From a virus (taxonomy: Duplodnaviria > Caudoviricetes), in the IMG/VR virus record IMGVR_UViG_2675903036_000001, positions 22,710-86,709 of that record: a stretch of 64,000 bases of DNA; one strand, written 5' to 3'. Below the pieces are notes generated by a model. That model was not told the origin of the DNA. It saw nothing but the letters and a program-made list of their open reading frames with translations, and made no database searches. Both the position numbers and the translations under genes were made by a program. Shown one piece after another: positions 36,806 through 45,278 of this stretch. The first letter of the stretch is position 1, and each line of letters begins with the position of its first letter.

Positions 36806-37129
36806 ATGGTTAAACGATTACTTTGCACCTTGCCTAATGCGTCAAACGATATTAACGGGATCGAATTCGAGCCTTATGAGTTAGGCGGTATGGTGTCGGT
36901 CAAGCAAGCGGATGATCTGGGTGAGGTAGTAATCCGTAAATTTCTTAAGATCGGCGGATATAAGCTGATTGATGTAGATGCTAAATCAACTGGCAATGAG
37001 TCTGTTAATCAGCCTATTGTAGAAGATGGCGGTGTCAAGGGGGCAGGGCTTTCATTAAGTCAATCCGGCCTGGCTGGCAAGCACAAGAAGATAATCCGGT
37101 CAAAAGATAAGGAAAATACAAATGAATGA
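36806..37129 (+). CDS. hypothetical head-region protein
   Basis: AGGAG RBS; ATG at 36806. Confidence 0.6.
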   Translation: MVKRLLCTLPNASNDINGIEFEPYELGGMVSVKQADDLGEVVIRKFLKIGGYKLIDVDAKSTGNESVNQPIVEDGGVKGAGLSLSQSGLAGKHKKIIRSKDKENTNE

Positions 37130-37337
37130 ATCTCAAGAGAAAAGAATTCTGAACAATGTGTCACCAGGAACTAAAAAAGTTGGTTTGGGTGAACGCCTGA
37201 TTGCGCTTGAAAAGACGGTTGCCGTATTGCCAAGACAGGCTGTTGCTGTTGATGATGCTGCGGGAGCAAATCCAACAAAAGCTGAATTCGATGCATTGCT
37301 GGACGCGCTCAGAGCATCGGGCGTTATAGCTGAATAG
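37122..37337 (+). CDS. head fibre/decoration-like protein
   Basis: AVDDAAGANPTKAEFDALLDALRASGVIA motif. Confidence 0.6.
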   Translation: MNESQEKRILNNVSPGTKKVGLGERLIALEKTVAVLPRQAVAVDDAAGANPTKAEFDALLDALRASGVIAE

Positions 37338-37339
37338 CC

Positions 37340-37579
37340 ATGAGATCATTGGATAGAGACACAGGGGCCTCGGAATCTCAGCGCGGAACCGATGGTGCGC
37401 AGCACGTATATCCGGTGGCGCGTGTCCTGTCATCGCAATCTGTTGCGGCTGGCGCGTCGTCAGCGCAGTCTGCCGCTATTAGTGAGCGGACGGTGCGGCT
37501 GTGTTCCACGGGCCGTATTCTCTGGTCATTGACGACGGCGATTTTTACCAATTCATCCAGACGCAAGGTCTTCAGTTGA
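37340..37579 (+). CDS. hypothetical protein, possibly truncated
   Basis: 79-aa ORF in operon position. Confidence 0.4.
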   Translation: MRSLDRDTGASESQRGTDGAQHVYPVARVLSSQSVAAGASSAQSAAISERTVRLCSTGRILWSLTTAIFTNSSRRKVFS

Positions 37580-37606
37580 TTTTGTGATTTGTCGTAGGAG
37601 GTTAAA

Positions 37607-38389
37607 TTGAGTTCTCTATTTCCAGATTTAACTGCGACAACAGCATTATTGAGGCAAGATCAATTAATGCTGGCTTCAAAATATGCTTTGCCCAATTCAT
37701 CCAGCCTGTCGGATGACTACCTGAATTCAAAGTTGATAGCTGCTGAAGCTGATGCATCTAGGCAATTGAGAATCTATTTTGAACCAACAGTCATGATTCC
37801 TGACGATGTGCTTCAAGATGAGATTGATGCATTGGAGGCAGCCAACACGAAATATGCTCAGGAAGCAGCGTATGACTACGATTCACATTTTTTCACGGGA
37901 GAACGATGGGGATATATTGTCACGAAAGAGAAACCGATCATCTCAGTGCAATCTATCAAGTTTGCCTATCCTGCTCCAACCAATCAGGTGTTTGAAATTC
38001 CGCAATCGTGGATCAGGCTGGATAAAAAGTTTGGTCATATCCGGCTGGTTCCTGCTGCTCAATCCTTCTCTGCGCCATTGTCCGCGTTCATCATGCAGGC
38101 ATTAGGTGGTGGCAGAACGGTGCCCTTCATGATTCATGTGCGCTACACAGCAGGGTTGAGTAACCCTAACCAGGATTACCCGGATTTAGTTGATTTGGTC
38201 AAGAAAATGGCTATCTTGAGGATAATGCAGGATGCTTTCCTGCCGCAATCAGGATCGATCTCTTCAGATGGTCTCAGTCAGTCTATGAGCGTAGATTTGC
38301 AGAAATGGCATGATGGGATCGAGGATAAGCTGGATGCGCTAAGAGATGCTATTCACGGCCCACGCATTGCATTTCTGGGGCATGTTTAA
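37607..38389 (+). CDS. head-tail adaptor/neck protein
   Basis: AGGAGG RBS; PIISVQSI, VRYTAG, SISSDGLSQS; position. Confidence 0.7.
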   Translation: MSSLFPDLTATTALLRQDQLMLASKYALPNSSSLSDDYLNSKLIAAEADASRQLRIYFEPTVMIPDDVLQDEIDALEAANTKYAQEAAYDYDSHFFTGERWGYIVTKEKPIISVQSIKFAYPAPTNQVFEIPQSWIRLDKKFGHIRLVPAAQSFSAPLSAFIMQALGGGRTVPFMIHVRYTAGLSNPNQDYPDLVDLVKKMAILRIMQDAFLPQSGSISSDGLSQSMSVDLQKWHDGIEDKLDALRDAIHGPRIAFLGHV

Positions 38390-38391
38390 TC

Positions 38392-39021
38392 ATGGAGTTC
38401 AGCGTTGACTGGTTCAATGATCACTTGGCTGGGATGGGGCAAGATTTCTTGTGGCGCAAAGCATCCATGTGTCCGTGCGTCAATCCGCATAGTGGCGCAG
38501 CCAAGCCCAATTGCCCGATATGCGGCGGGAAGGGTAGAAGCTGGACTAATCCGGTTTCTGTTAAGGCTGGCATGGCAAGTGAGCGTGTTCTGCGTCAATG
38601 GGCGCAGTTTGGAAGGTATGAGGCAGGCGATGCAGTATTGAGCGTACCTGAAAGCTCATTACTCTATGAAGCAGGGCAATTTGACCGAGTGACCATGCTG
38701 AATGCGACCGACCAATTCTCTTTAGTGTTAGTGCGTGGACAAAACGACAGAATAAGCTTCCCTGTGCAGAATATCGACCAGATATATTGGATCGTCTCAG
38801 GCAATACCATTGTTGAAGGTGGCATTCCTTCGGTAGCGAGCAATGGGCAGTTATCCTGGACTTCTGGTGCGCCTCCTGCCGGCACTCATTACAGCATATC
38901 TGGTACCAGGTACTCAGAATATTTTGCCTGGGATGAGGTGCCCGGTGACAGAAATCATCACTATGGCTCAAGACTTCCCAGAAAGCTGGTAGTGAGGCGA
39001 TTTGATTTGTTTGGGCGGTAA
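38392..39021 (+). CDS. head closure/neck protein with zinc motif
   Basis: WRKASMCPC...CPICGGKG, typical of this slot in such myoviruses. Confidence 0.7.
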   Translation: MEFSVDWFNDHLAGMGQDFLWRKASMCPCVNPHSGAAKPNCPICGGKGRSWTNPVSVKAGMASERVLRQWAQFGRYEAGDAVLSVPESSLLYEAGQFDRVTMLNATDQFSLVLVRGQNDRISFPVQNIDQIYWIVSGNTIVEGGIPSVASNGQLSWTSGAPPAGTHYSISGTRYSEYFAWDEVPGDRNHHYGSRLPRKLVVRRFDLFGR

Positions 39022-39423
39022 TTGTGAATCCTATTATATTGACTAAGGATGCCTGTTTTGCCCAAGTGTGCGGTAAAAAAGCATACCTCAATGTCTAAAG
39101 CGGGTTTAAGCCTAAGTTTGTCACGCATTTGGCCCAACCGAGGTTTATTCATCAGATTTTTGTGGATCTAACGATGTTTGTTATGATGAAAACTAAATTG
39201 ACGCATTCCCATAAAACATGGGTAGATAACATGCGGTTTGCTGTGTTATTCCATTTCCAAATCAAAAGTTAATTATTAATGTGTCAAGTAATTGAAGTTG
39301 CAACAATAAAAAATTAAATAAATACACTTTAGATTTAAAAATGGAATTAAATTTCATTTTTGACGTCATACCCAGAAGGAGCGGTGTCTTGACGCAGGTG
39401 TATCAATAGATAGGAGGATTGCA

Positions 39424-39786
39424 ATGAGTGAGGACAACTCCAAAAAGGATGCGGTGAAGAATGAGAACGGTTCTGGTAAGGACACCATTAAGAAGGTCGG
39501 CGCCGAGAAAGGCGCAGCTGTAGGCGGAGCGGTCGCCGGGGCCGTTACTGGGGCTGCTGCAAGTGCAGTGGCTGCCGCTGCCGCGGGTACAACCACTTCG
39601 CTCACAGTGGGAGCTGGATTCGCGCCGTTTGTTTCAGCTCTTGGGGCGGCAAAATTGGCTTCCTTGCCTGGCATTGTTTTATTTCTTGCGAACCCCGTTG
39701 GGGGGGCGATCGCCACAGGAGCGCTCGCTGTTGGCGGGGCCGTTGTTGGTTACAAGATCGCGAAGGCCATTGCGAAGAAGCTCTAA
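39424..39786 (+). CDS. Gly/Ala-rich glycine-zipper membrane protein (gene cassette)
   Basis: AGGAGG RBS; followed by attC. Confidence 0.7.
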   Translation: MSEDNSKKDAVKNENGSGKDTIKKVGAEKGAAVGGAVAGAVTGAAASAVAAAAAGTTTSLTVGAGFAPFVSALGAAKLASLPGIVLFLANPVGGAIATGALAVGGAVVGYKIAKAIAKKL

Positions 39787-39834
39787 CATTGCAGGGTGCG
39801 CGTCACGCTGGTGATCTAGCGGCCACGAGTTGTG

Positions 39835-39916
39835 GCCTAACTTCCGCTTCAACGCGTACCCACGGCAAGCGGCGCTTCGCTTACTTGTTGCGGGTCGGTT
39901 AAGCGGAGCGTTATAA
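39835..39916 (+). mobile_element. integron attC site
   Basis: GCCTAAC-ttccgcTTCAAC ... GTTAAgcggagc-GTTATAA imperfect palindrome. Confidence 0.75.
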
Positions 39917-40109
39917 AGTTTCCGTATATCTTCCATACTCTTGGCATTAATGACAACAAAATTGCTACCTTTATTAGGTTTATCCACTGTATATCATCAC
40001 AAATGGATCGATATACAGTTCTGGAGATCATGACAGCGCTAACTGTCTCATATTATTTAGCCAAATTAACGGAAATTTATTGAAAGAAATTGACTGGCTG
40101 GTTTTGGTC

Positions 40110-40281
40110 GAGGCTGTGTAAAAACGCTAGAACTGAAAAAACCAGTGGTTTGATCATGCTAAATATTGAATAAAATACTGAGCAATGTGGAGTCAATCAT
40201 TGAGTATTGACTCATTTCTGACCGCTCAGTGGGACAATTCTAATATTTGTTAGGTTTGGTAATGCATTTTGACGCAGCCTC
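40110..40281. mobile_element. 172-bp MITE / internally deleted IS (IS1182-like ends, tentative)
   Basis: 18-bp imperfect TIRs GAGGCTGTGTAAAAACGC / GCATTTTGACGCAGCCTC; GGTC direct repeat on both flanks. Confidence 0.65.
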
Positions 40282-40427
40282 GGTCGAATTTAGTCAATCA
40301 ATGCCAGATTAAATGAAAACTAATTTTTGAAGCTGTTAACTCAAGTCTGAGCTACTACATATACATATAAAGTGCCTTTGCTTTTATTTCTTAGGTAGAC
40401 AAGATAAAGAAATGTCCATTAATTTTT

Positions 40428-41204
40428 TTACTTAGCCATTCTAATAGCTTCCTGAAAAGCTTTTTCCGCTCTTGGCTGCATGGCTTCTGCTACGGCCTTG
40501 GCAAGAAATAAACCGGGTTTGGCAGGCACTATCCAGCCATTACTTTTCTCCGACATAACGCGGAATGTCAAATAAGTGCTGCGTTTTGCTCCGCCTGCGC
40601 TGGTGTCGAAGCGACGCATGCCAGCGAATCGATTTGGAATAGAGTCTCCCGATAAACTCCCTCCCCATTTGTAAATATTCTGGTTGACCGTCAATCGTTT
40701 CCTTGACTGAATATCGTATGCGCCGGTGCCTGATAGACGTTGCGTTTGCCCAGTCACCATGGACGAGGACAGCGTTTTAGCCATATCATAGATTTCATCC
40801 GGCATAGCCTGTCCGGTAGCATTCGCGCCTGGCGTGTTGTGCTGGAAGGGGATGATCAGAAATCGGCTCCCTTTTTGCGATGTGCGCACCTTCAGGCTGG
40901 TATTGAGCATTCGCTTAAGGTCCTTGGGTTGGCGGCCTTGCTCGATCTCTTCCGCGTATTTGTAATCAGCCCACACTAAAGCTTCAAATTCATTGATCAT
41001 CTGCCACTGGATCGTTGCCTTATAAGCATCCTTCTCGCCCCGCCAGAGTCGCGCTCGTTCCACCGATTCAAGCCAGTCAATCCTTGTTTGCTGTGCGACG
41101 GCTCGCACGGCCTGATTGAGTAATGGGAATATCTCTGCAGTAATAATGCTTCTGCTAGCAGCTATCACATCTGACAAATCCACACTGATTCTGAACTCGG
41201 CCAT
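40428..41204 (-). CDS. neck/tail-completion-like virion protein, inverted
   Basis: YAEEIEQG..PKDLK, FLIIPF, YLTFRVMS..S.GWIVP; AGGAG RBS before ATG at 41204. Confidence 0.7.
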   Translation of the reverse strand: MAEFRISVDLSDVIAASRSIITAEIFPLLNQAVRAVAQQTRIDWLESVERARLWRGEKDAYKATIQWQMINEFEALVWADYKYAEEIEQGRQPKDLKRMLNTSLKVRTSQKGSRFLIIPFQHNTPGANATGQAMPDEIYDMAKTLSSSMVTGQTQRLSGTGAYDIQSRKRLTVNQNIYKWGGSLSGDSIPNRFAGMRRFDTSAGGAKRSTYLTFRVMSEKSNGWIVPAKPGLFLAKAVAEAMQPRAEKAFQEAIRMAK

Positions 41205-41227
41205 GGCTGGGACTCCTTGATGCCGAA

Positions 41228-41242
41228 ATTTTATATTCACGA
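41228..41242 (-). promoter_or_regulatory. putative late promoter TCGTGA-ata-TAAAAT (minus strand)
   Basis: same motif, oriented with the inverted gene. Confidence 0.7.
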
Positions 41243-41256
41243 CAGTAAAAAATCAT

Positions 41257-41291
41257 TTATCCACAATTTCCGTGGATAAGGTTGTGGGTAA
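41257..41291. promoter_or_regulatory. cluster of three DnaA-box-like 9-mers
   Basis: TTATCCACA (perfect), CGTGGATAA and TGTGGGTAA (1 mismatch each). Confidence 0.5.
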
Positions 41292-41376
41292 GTGCACTAT
41301 GTTGAGTGACAGTAATGTTTATTTGGTAAGCATCAATTTAAAGCGCTTGCGTGTTAATACCTCATTCGTTTTCGTG

Positions 41377-41391
41377 TCGTGATGCAATGAT
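41377..41391 (+). promoter_or_regulatory. putative late promoter TCGTGA-tgc-AATGAT for the tail operon
   Basis: repeated motif; ATG 9 nt downstream, no SD. Confidence 0.65.
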
Positions 41392-41400
41392 TGCGACATC

Positions 41401-42234
41401 ATGATCAGATTCATTCAGCCTATCGCATCCGGAAACGCAATCCGACTTCTGCTTAACCCTCCTTCTGGAGCTGCCAAGTGGCGTGTGTTGCGCAAAGAAT
41501 CGGATAATTTTTCAGGAGCCAATGATCCTAACGCCTTCCTAGTTTATGAAGGAGATGAAGGCACAGTCGTAGATCATCAGCTTCTGGTAAACGATCAGCT
41601 CTATTACTACAAGGTTTACTACTGGGTTGATGGCGCTTGGCTGGAGAGTGTTACTGCGTCAGGCATGCCGCATGCTTTTTATGAAGATGCGAGCACGGAT
41701 GTGCTGGGCTTGCTTCGTGACCGACTGGATTACGGCTTTCGTGTAGAAGTCGAGCGGGGAGGCATTGTGCATGACTATAACGCAGTTCCTATTTTGACTG
41801 CTCCTCCTGTATTCGAGGATACGCGCTGGCCGTGCGTGACCGTTCACCTTGAGTCTGAATCCCCTGTTGAACGCGGTCTTGGCGAGATACTGCTGCCGGA
41901 TTTCTACGATGAGGATGAAGGTGTCTGGGTGGCTCACGAAGGCTGGTTGGCAAGCGTTCAACTCCAGATTGTTACCTGGTCGCTGAATCCAGATGAGCGT
42001 ATCGAAATGCGCAAGGCAGTCCGGCGGATTATTCAAGCCAATCTGTCACTGTTTGATCATGAGGGCATGATCAAAATAGAAACCAACCAGCGTGATGTGG
42101 AGGACTTCACTTCATATCAGGCGCCTGTCTATCAAAGCATGTGCAGTTTCTCTTGCATCGCTCCTGCACAAATCAAAATGGATGATCCCAGCATTATTCG
42201 TCAGGTTAATTCAACCATTGTATTCACGGAGTAA
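41401..42234 (+). CDS. tail completion/terminator-like protein
   Basis: position before sheath; WPCVTVHLESE. Confidence 0.55.
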   Translation: MIRFIQPIASGNAIRLLLNPPSGAAKWRVLRKESDNFSGANDPNAFLVYEGDEGTVVDHQLLVNDQLYYYKVYYWVDGAWLESVTASGMPHAFYEDASTDVLGLLRDRLDYGFRVEVERGGIVHDYNAVPILTAPPVFEDTRWPCVTVHLESESPVERGLGEILLPDFYDEDEGVWVAHEGWLASVQLQIVTWSLNPDERIEMRKAVRRIIQANLSLFDHEGMIKIETNQRDVEDFTSYQAPVYQSMCSFSCIAPAQIKMDDPSIIRQVNSTIVFTE

Positions 42235-42240
42235 AACATT

Positions 42241-42453
42241 ATGGCAAAGGAAAAAACAACCGCCGAAACGGTTCAAGAAAAGCCAGCTGATGCAGTCACG
42301 CTGGACGAGTTCTGCACTCGTTTATCCGGTACAGATAAGCGTGTGGAGATGATTGGCGCTTTTAATCATGTCGAGAAGAAAGCGGGTCGCGTCAAAGATA
42401 CCGAAGAGAGCTTTCGCTCACGGTTCGATGCTTTTATTAACCAACCAGCGTAA
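42241..42453 (+). CDS. small conserved pre-sheath protein
   Basis: GGAG RBS; position. Confidence 0.6.
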   Translation: MAKEKTTAETVQEKPADAVTLDEFCTRLSGTDKRVEMIGAFNHVEKKAGRVKDTEESFRSRFDAFINQPA

Positions 42454-42463
42454 GAGGTAAAAC

Positions 42464-44176
42464 ATGGCTGTATTTTTTAATGGCAGATTATGGGTGTCAC
42501 CCGCCACCATGTCGGTGGTGGACGATACCGCGATGGCCAACAAGAACTTAAGCGTAGGCAATGTGGTTGCGCTCATTGGTCGCGCTGGCGGCGGCGAACC
42601 GAACAAAGCTTTGCGCTTCGGCAATCCATCGCAAGCAATCAAAACGTTGCGCAATGGCGATCTGTTGACGGCTGTCTTAAAAGCGTTCGACCCATCCTCG
42701 CAAACAGGCGGTCCTGCTGAAGTGGTGGTGGTGCGCGTCAATCCTGCGCTGCAATCATCGCTCGTGCTAAAGGACGGTTCTGCCAATAATGTAATCACGC
42801 TGAAGTCAACCGACTATGGCATTCACGCGAATCAAATCAAGGTCAAGGTTGAGGCAGGCTCCGTGTCCGGCAAAAAGGTTACAACAGCTTACGGTCTTGC
42901 GTATTACACAAAAGATAACGTGGCGCGTAACGCATTCAGCATTGCTTACGGCGGTGCAGGCGCAGCTACCATCAGCGTTACCAATTCAACCGTTACCCTG
43001 AAAGTGGACGCGGCTGCTGTCGCTACTATCGCTCTTGCCGATTATCCGACCGTGCAACAACTGGTTGACCGCATTAATGTCGTTTCAGGATTCACGGCTG
43101 ATGTGCTTGATGGTAATGGCAATCAGGAGGCATTAAACGGACTGGATAGCCTGACCGATCAAGGGATTAGTGCCACACCTTACACGGTGACAGCCAATCT
43201 GCAGGCAGTAGTTGACTGGATCAATTCTACTTCTGAGGGATTCGTCACGGCTACACGTGAGGCTAATGCAGGGGTGGTACCAGCCAACATCGGCTATACC
43301 TATCTGACAGGTGGTTCCGATGGCGTAGTCACCAATACTGAATGGCAGAACGCGTTCACAACACTGCAAACGGTCGATGTGCAATGGGTGGTGCCTATTT
43401 CCGGCGATTCCAGCATCCATGCCATGGCGGATACGCATGTTGCTTTCATGAGCAATGTCGGCAGGATGGAGCGTCGGGCAATTGTGGGCACGGTATCAGG
43501 CACTACGGATGCAGCGGCGATTGATGCAGCCAAAGCGATTAATTCTGACCGTACATCTTTGGTTCATCTTGGTTTCTACGATTACGATGCCGCAGGCAAG
43601 CTCGTGTTGGTGGAACCGTATATCTTGGCGGCATTGTTGGCTGGTGCCTTCTCGGGCGTTAATCCTGGCACGGCATTGACCAACAAGACCATCAAGATAC
43701 GCGGCTTGGAGCGCGATCTGCGTAATCCTACCGATACCGATCAGCTCATCAATGGTGGCGTGTTGTGCGTGGAAAACACTAATAGCGGCTTCAAGGTGGT
43801 CAAATCCATCTCTACCTGGTTGGTGAATGATAACTATAACCGCGTCGAGGTATCAACGGGCGTAGCAGCTGATTTTGTGGCTCGTAACGTGCGGCAGGCG
43901 CTGGATGTGTTGCGCGGAGAGCGGGGTAACCCAATTACGCTGTCACGTGCTATCTCCATTGCCGAGTCGACCTTGCGTGAATTGGCCAGGCCGGAACCGC
44001 AGGGCGTTGGCGTTATCGTGGGTGATGCAGCTAATCCGGCCTATAAAAATATTGTAGCTTCACTGGAAGGAGACGTGTTGAGGGTCGAATTTCAGGTAAG
44101 TCCAGTGATTCCAGTGAACTACATTCCGGTGACAATCTTTGCTGTGCCGTATTCCGGTACGGCGACTGCGGCTTAA
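42464..44176 (+). CDS. contractile tail sheath protein
   Basis: LTGGSDG, EW.NAF..L, LTNK, LINGGVL, PVIPVNYI. Confidence 0.9.
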   Translation: MAVFFNGRLWVSPATMSVVDDTAMANKNLSVGNVVALIGRAGGGEPNKALRFGNPSQAIKTLRNGDLLTAVLKAFDPSSQTGGPAEVVVVRVNPALQSSLVLKDGSANNVITLKSTDYGIHANQIKVKVEAGSVSGKKVTTAYGLAYYTKDNVARNAFSIAYGGAGAATISVTNSTVTLKVDAAAVATIALADYPTVQQLVDRINVVSGFTADVLDGNGNQEALNGLDSLTDQGISATPYTVTANLQAVVDWINSTSEGFVTATREANAGVVPANIGYTYLTGGSDGVVTNTEWQNAFTTLQTVDVQWVVPISGDSSIHAMADTHVAFMSNVGRMERRAIVGTVSGTTDAAAIDAAKAINSDRTSLVHLGFYDYDAAGKLVLVEPYILAALLAGAFSGVNPGTALTNKTIKIRGLERDLRNPTDTDQLINGGVLCVENTNSGFKVVKSISTWLVNDNYNRVEVSTGVAADFVARNVRQALDVLRGERGNPITLSRAISIAESTLRELARPEPQGVGVIVGDAANPAYKNIVASLEGDVLRVEFQVSPVIPVNYIPVTIFAVPYSGTATAA

Positions 44177-44192
44177 CGGGAGCTATTGAAAC

Positions 44193-44615
44193 ATGAGAAC
44201 AAATCTTAAAACACGTTCAGGCAACCGGATCGTGGCGATGTTTGACGGAAAACAGATTGGCGCGGTGCAGTCCGTGCGCATGAATGACGATTATTCGCCT
44301 GAGCCGATGAGCGGTATTGGTGATATTCACGTCCACGAGTACGTGCCAACTATGGCTCGTCATAACCTGCAAGTACAAACCATGGTGCTGAACAAAGGAT
44401 CGATGCGGGAAGCAGGAATCACCATGGAAAACGGGGACGGCGTGCTGCAAGGTCTGGTGTTCGATATCGAGGTTTACAGCAAGGATGACGGCACGTTGCT
44501 GCGTAAGTACATCGGATGTTCCTATGCGAGCGGCGATCTGGAAATATCGAAGCACGCTATCGTCATGGCGTCAGGGCAGTTTATGGCGTTGGATGTGGTT
44601 GGCACGATAGTTTAA
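44193..44615 (+). CDS. tail tube protein
   Basis: SGNRI...DGKQIG.VQS, GIG.IH..EYVP; follows sheath. Confidence 0.8.
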   Translation: MRTNLKTRSGNRIVAMFDGKQIGAVQSVRMNDDYSPEPMSGIGDIHVHEYVPTMARHNLQVQTMVLNKGSMREAGITMENGDGVLQGLVFDIEVYSKDDGTLLRKYIGCSYASGDLEISKHAIVMASGQFMALDVVGTIV

Positions 44616-44649
44616 GTTTGGATTCTCACTTGGTAAGCCCCGGGTGAGA

Positions 44650-44678
44650 GTTTCCCCCGCACCTGCGGGGATAGACCC
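44650..44678 (+). CRISPR. solitary type I-E CRISPR-repeat-like unit (no array)
   Basis: GTTTCCCCCGCACCTGCGGGGATAGACCC; 23/29 identical by eye to GTGTTCCCCGCGCCAGCGGGGATAAACCG. Confidence 0.55.
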
Positions 44679-44692
44679 AAAAAGGACACGAA

Positions 44693-45121
44693 ATGCAATC
44701 AGCAACAGAGCAAAATACCGGCAGAAAATTGCTTGCAACCGATTTTTATGTGGATGTGAAAGACATTGGGCGATTCCGTCTTGCGAAACGCACCATGCGC
44801 GATGAATTCCAGATTGGCGCGGAGTATTCGAGGTTGACGGAAGGAGTAGATACGCCTACGCCATGGCTCGCGCAAATGGCGACTATGGTAGCGAATCTGA
44901 AAGTGCTCGCAGTAACCGTGCCGGAAGATTGGAACATCGATGAGATGGACCCGCTGGACGACGAATCGTACAGTCGTATTTTCCGCGTTTATGAAGCGCT
45001 GCGCGCTAGGGAGGATTCCTTTCGTAGCGGAGTCGGCAAATCAAGCAAAAAAACGGGGCAAGGAGCTGGCGAAGACCTTGCAGTTCTGGTTCAGGAGGAA
45101 ATACCAACTTACACCGAATGA
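44693..45121 (+). CDS. tail assembly chaperone
   Basis: position between tube and tape measure. Confidence 0.7.
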   Translation: MQSATEQNTGRKLLATDFYVDVKDIGRFRLAKRTMRDEFQIGAEYSRLTEGVDTPTPWLAQMATMVANLKVLAVTVPEDWNIDEMDPLDDESYSRIFRVYEALRAREDSFRSGVGKSSKKTGQGAGEDLAVLVQEEIPTYTE

Positions 45122-45278
45122 TCCGAAATTCCTTGATCTAACGATTGAGGATATCGAGACGGATTATTGGGCGCATTACTACTACGAAAATGCCACGGCG
45201 GATGAAGTCGAAGATGAAGATTTCGACCTGGATGACATTCTTCAGAAAATGGAAAACGACGATTGGGAAGAGTTGTAG
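45021..45278 (+). CDS. tail chaperone C-terminal extension, probably reached by +1 frameshift
   Basis: overlapping +1 frame with FWFRRKYQLTPNDPKFLDLT and acidic tail; no convincing start of its own. Confidence 0.55.
   Translation, partial: FVAESANQAKKRGKELAKTLQFWFRRKYQLTPNDPKFLDLTIEDIETDYWAHYYYENATADEVEDEDFDLDDILQKMENDDWEEL

Noticed and set aside
44650-44678. CRISPR array
   Set aside because: Only one repeat found and no spacer-repeat periodicity; kept as a solitary unit
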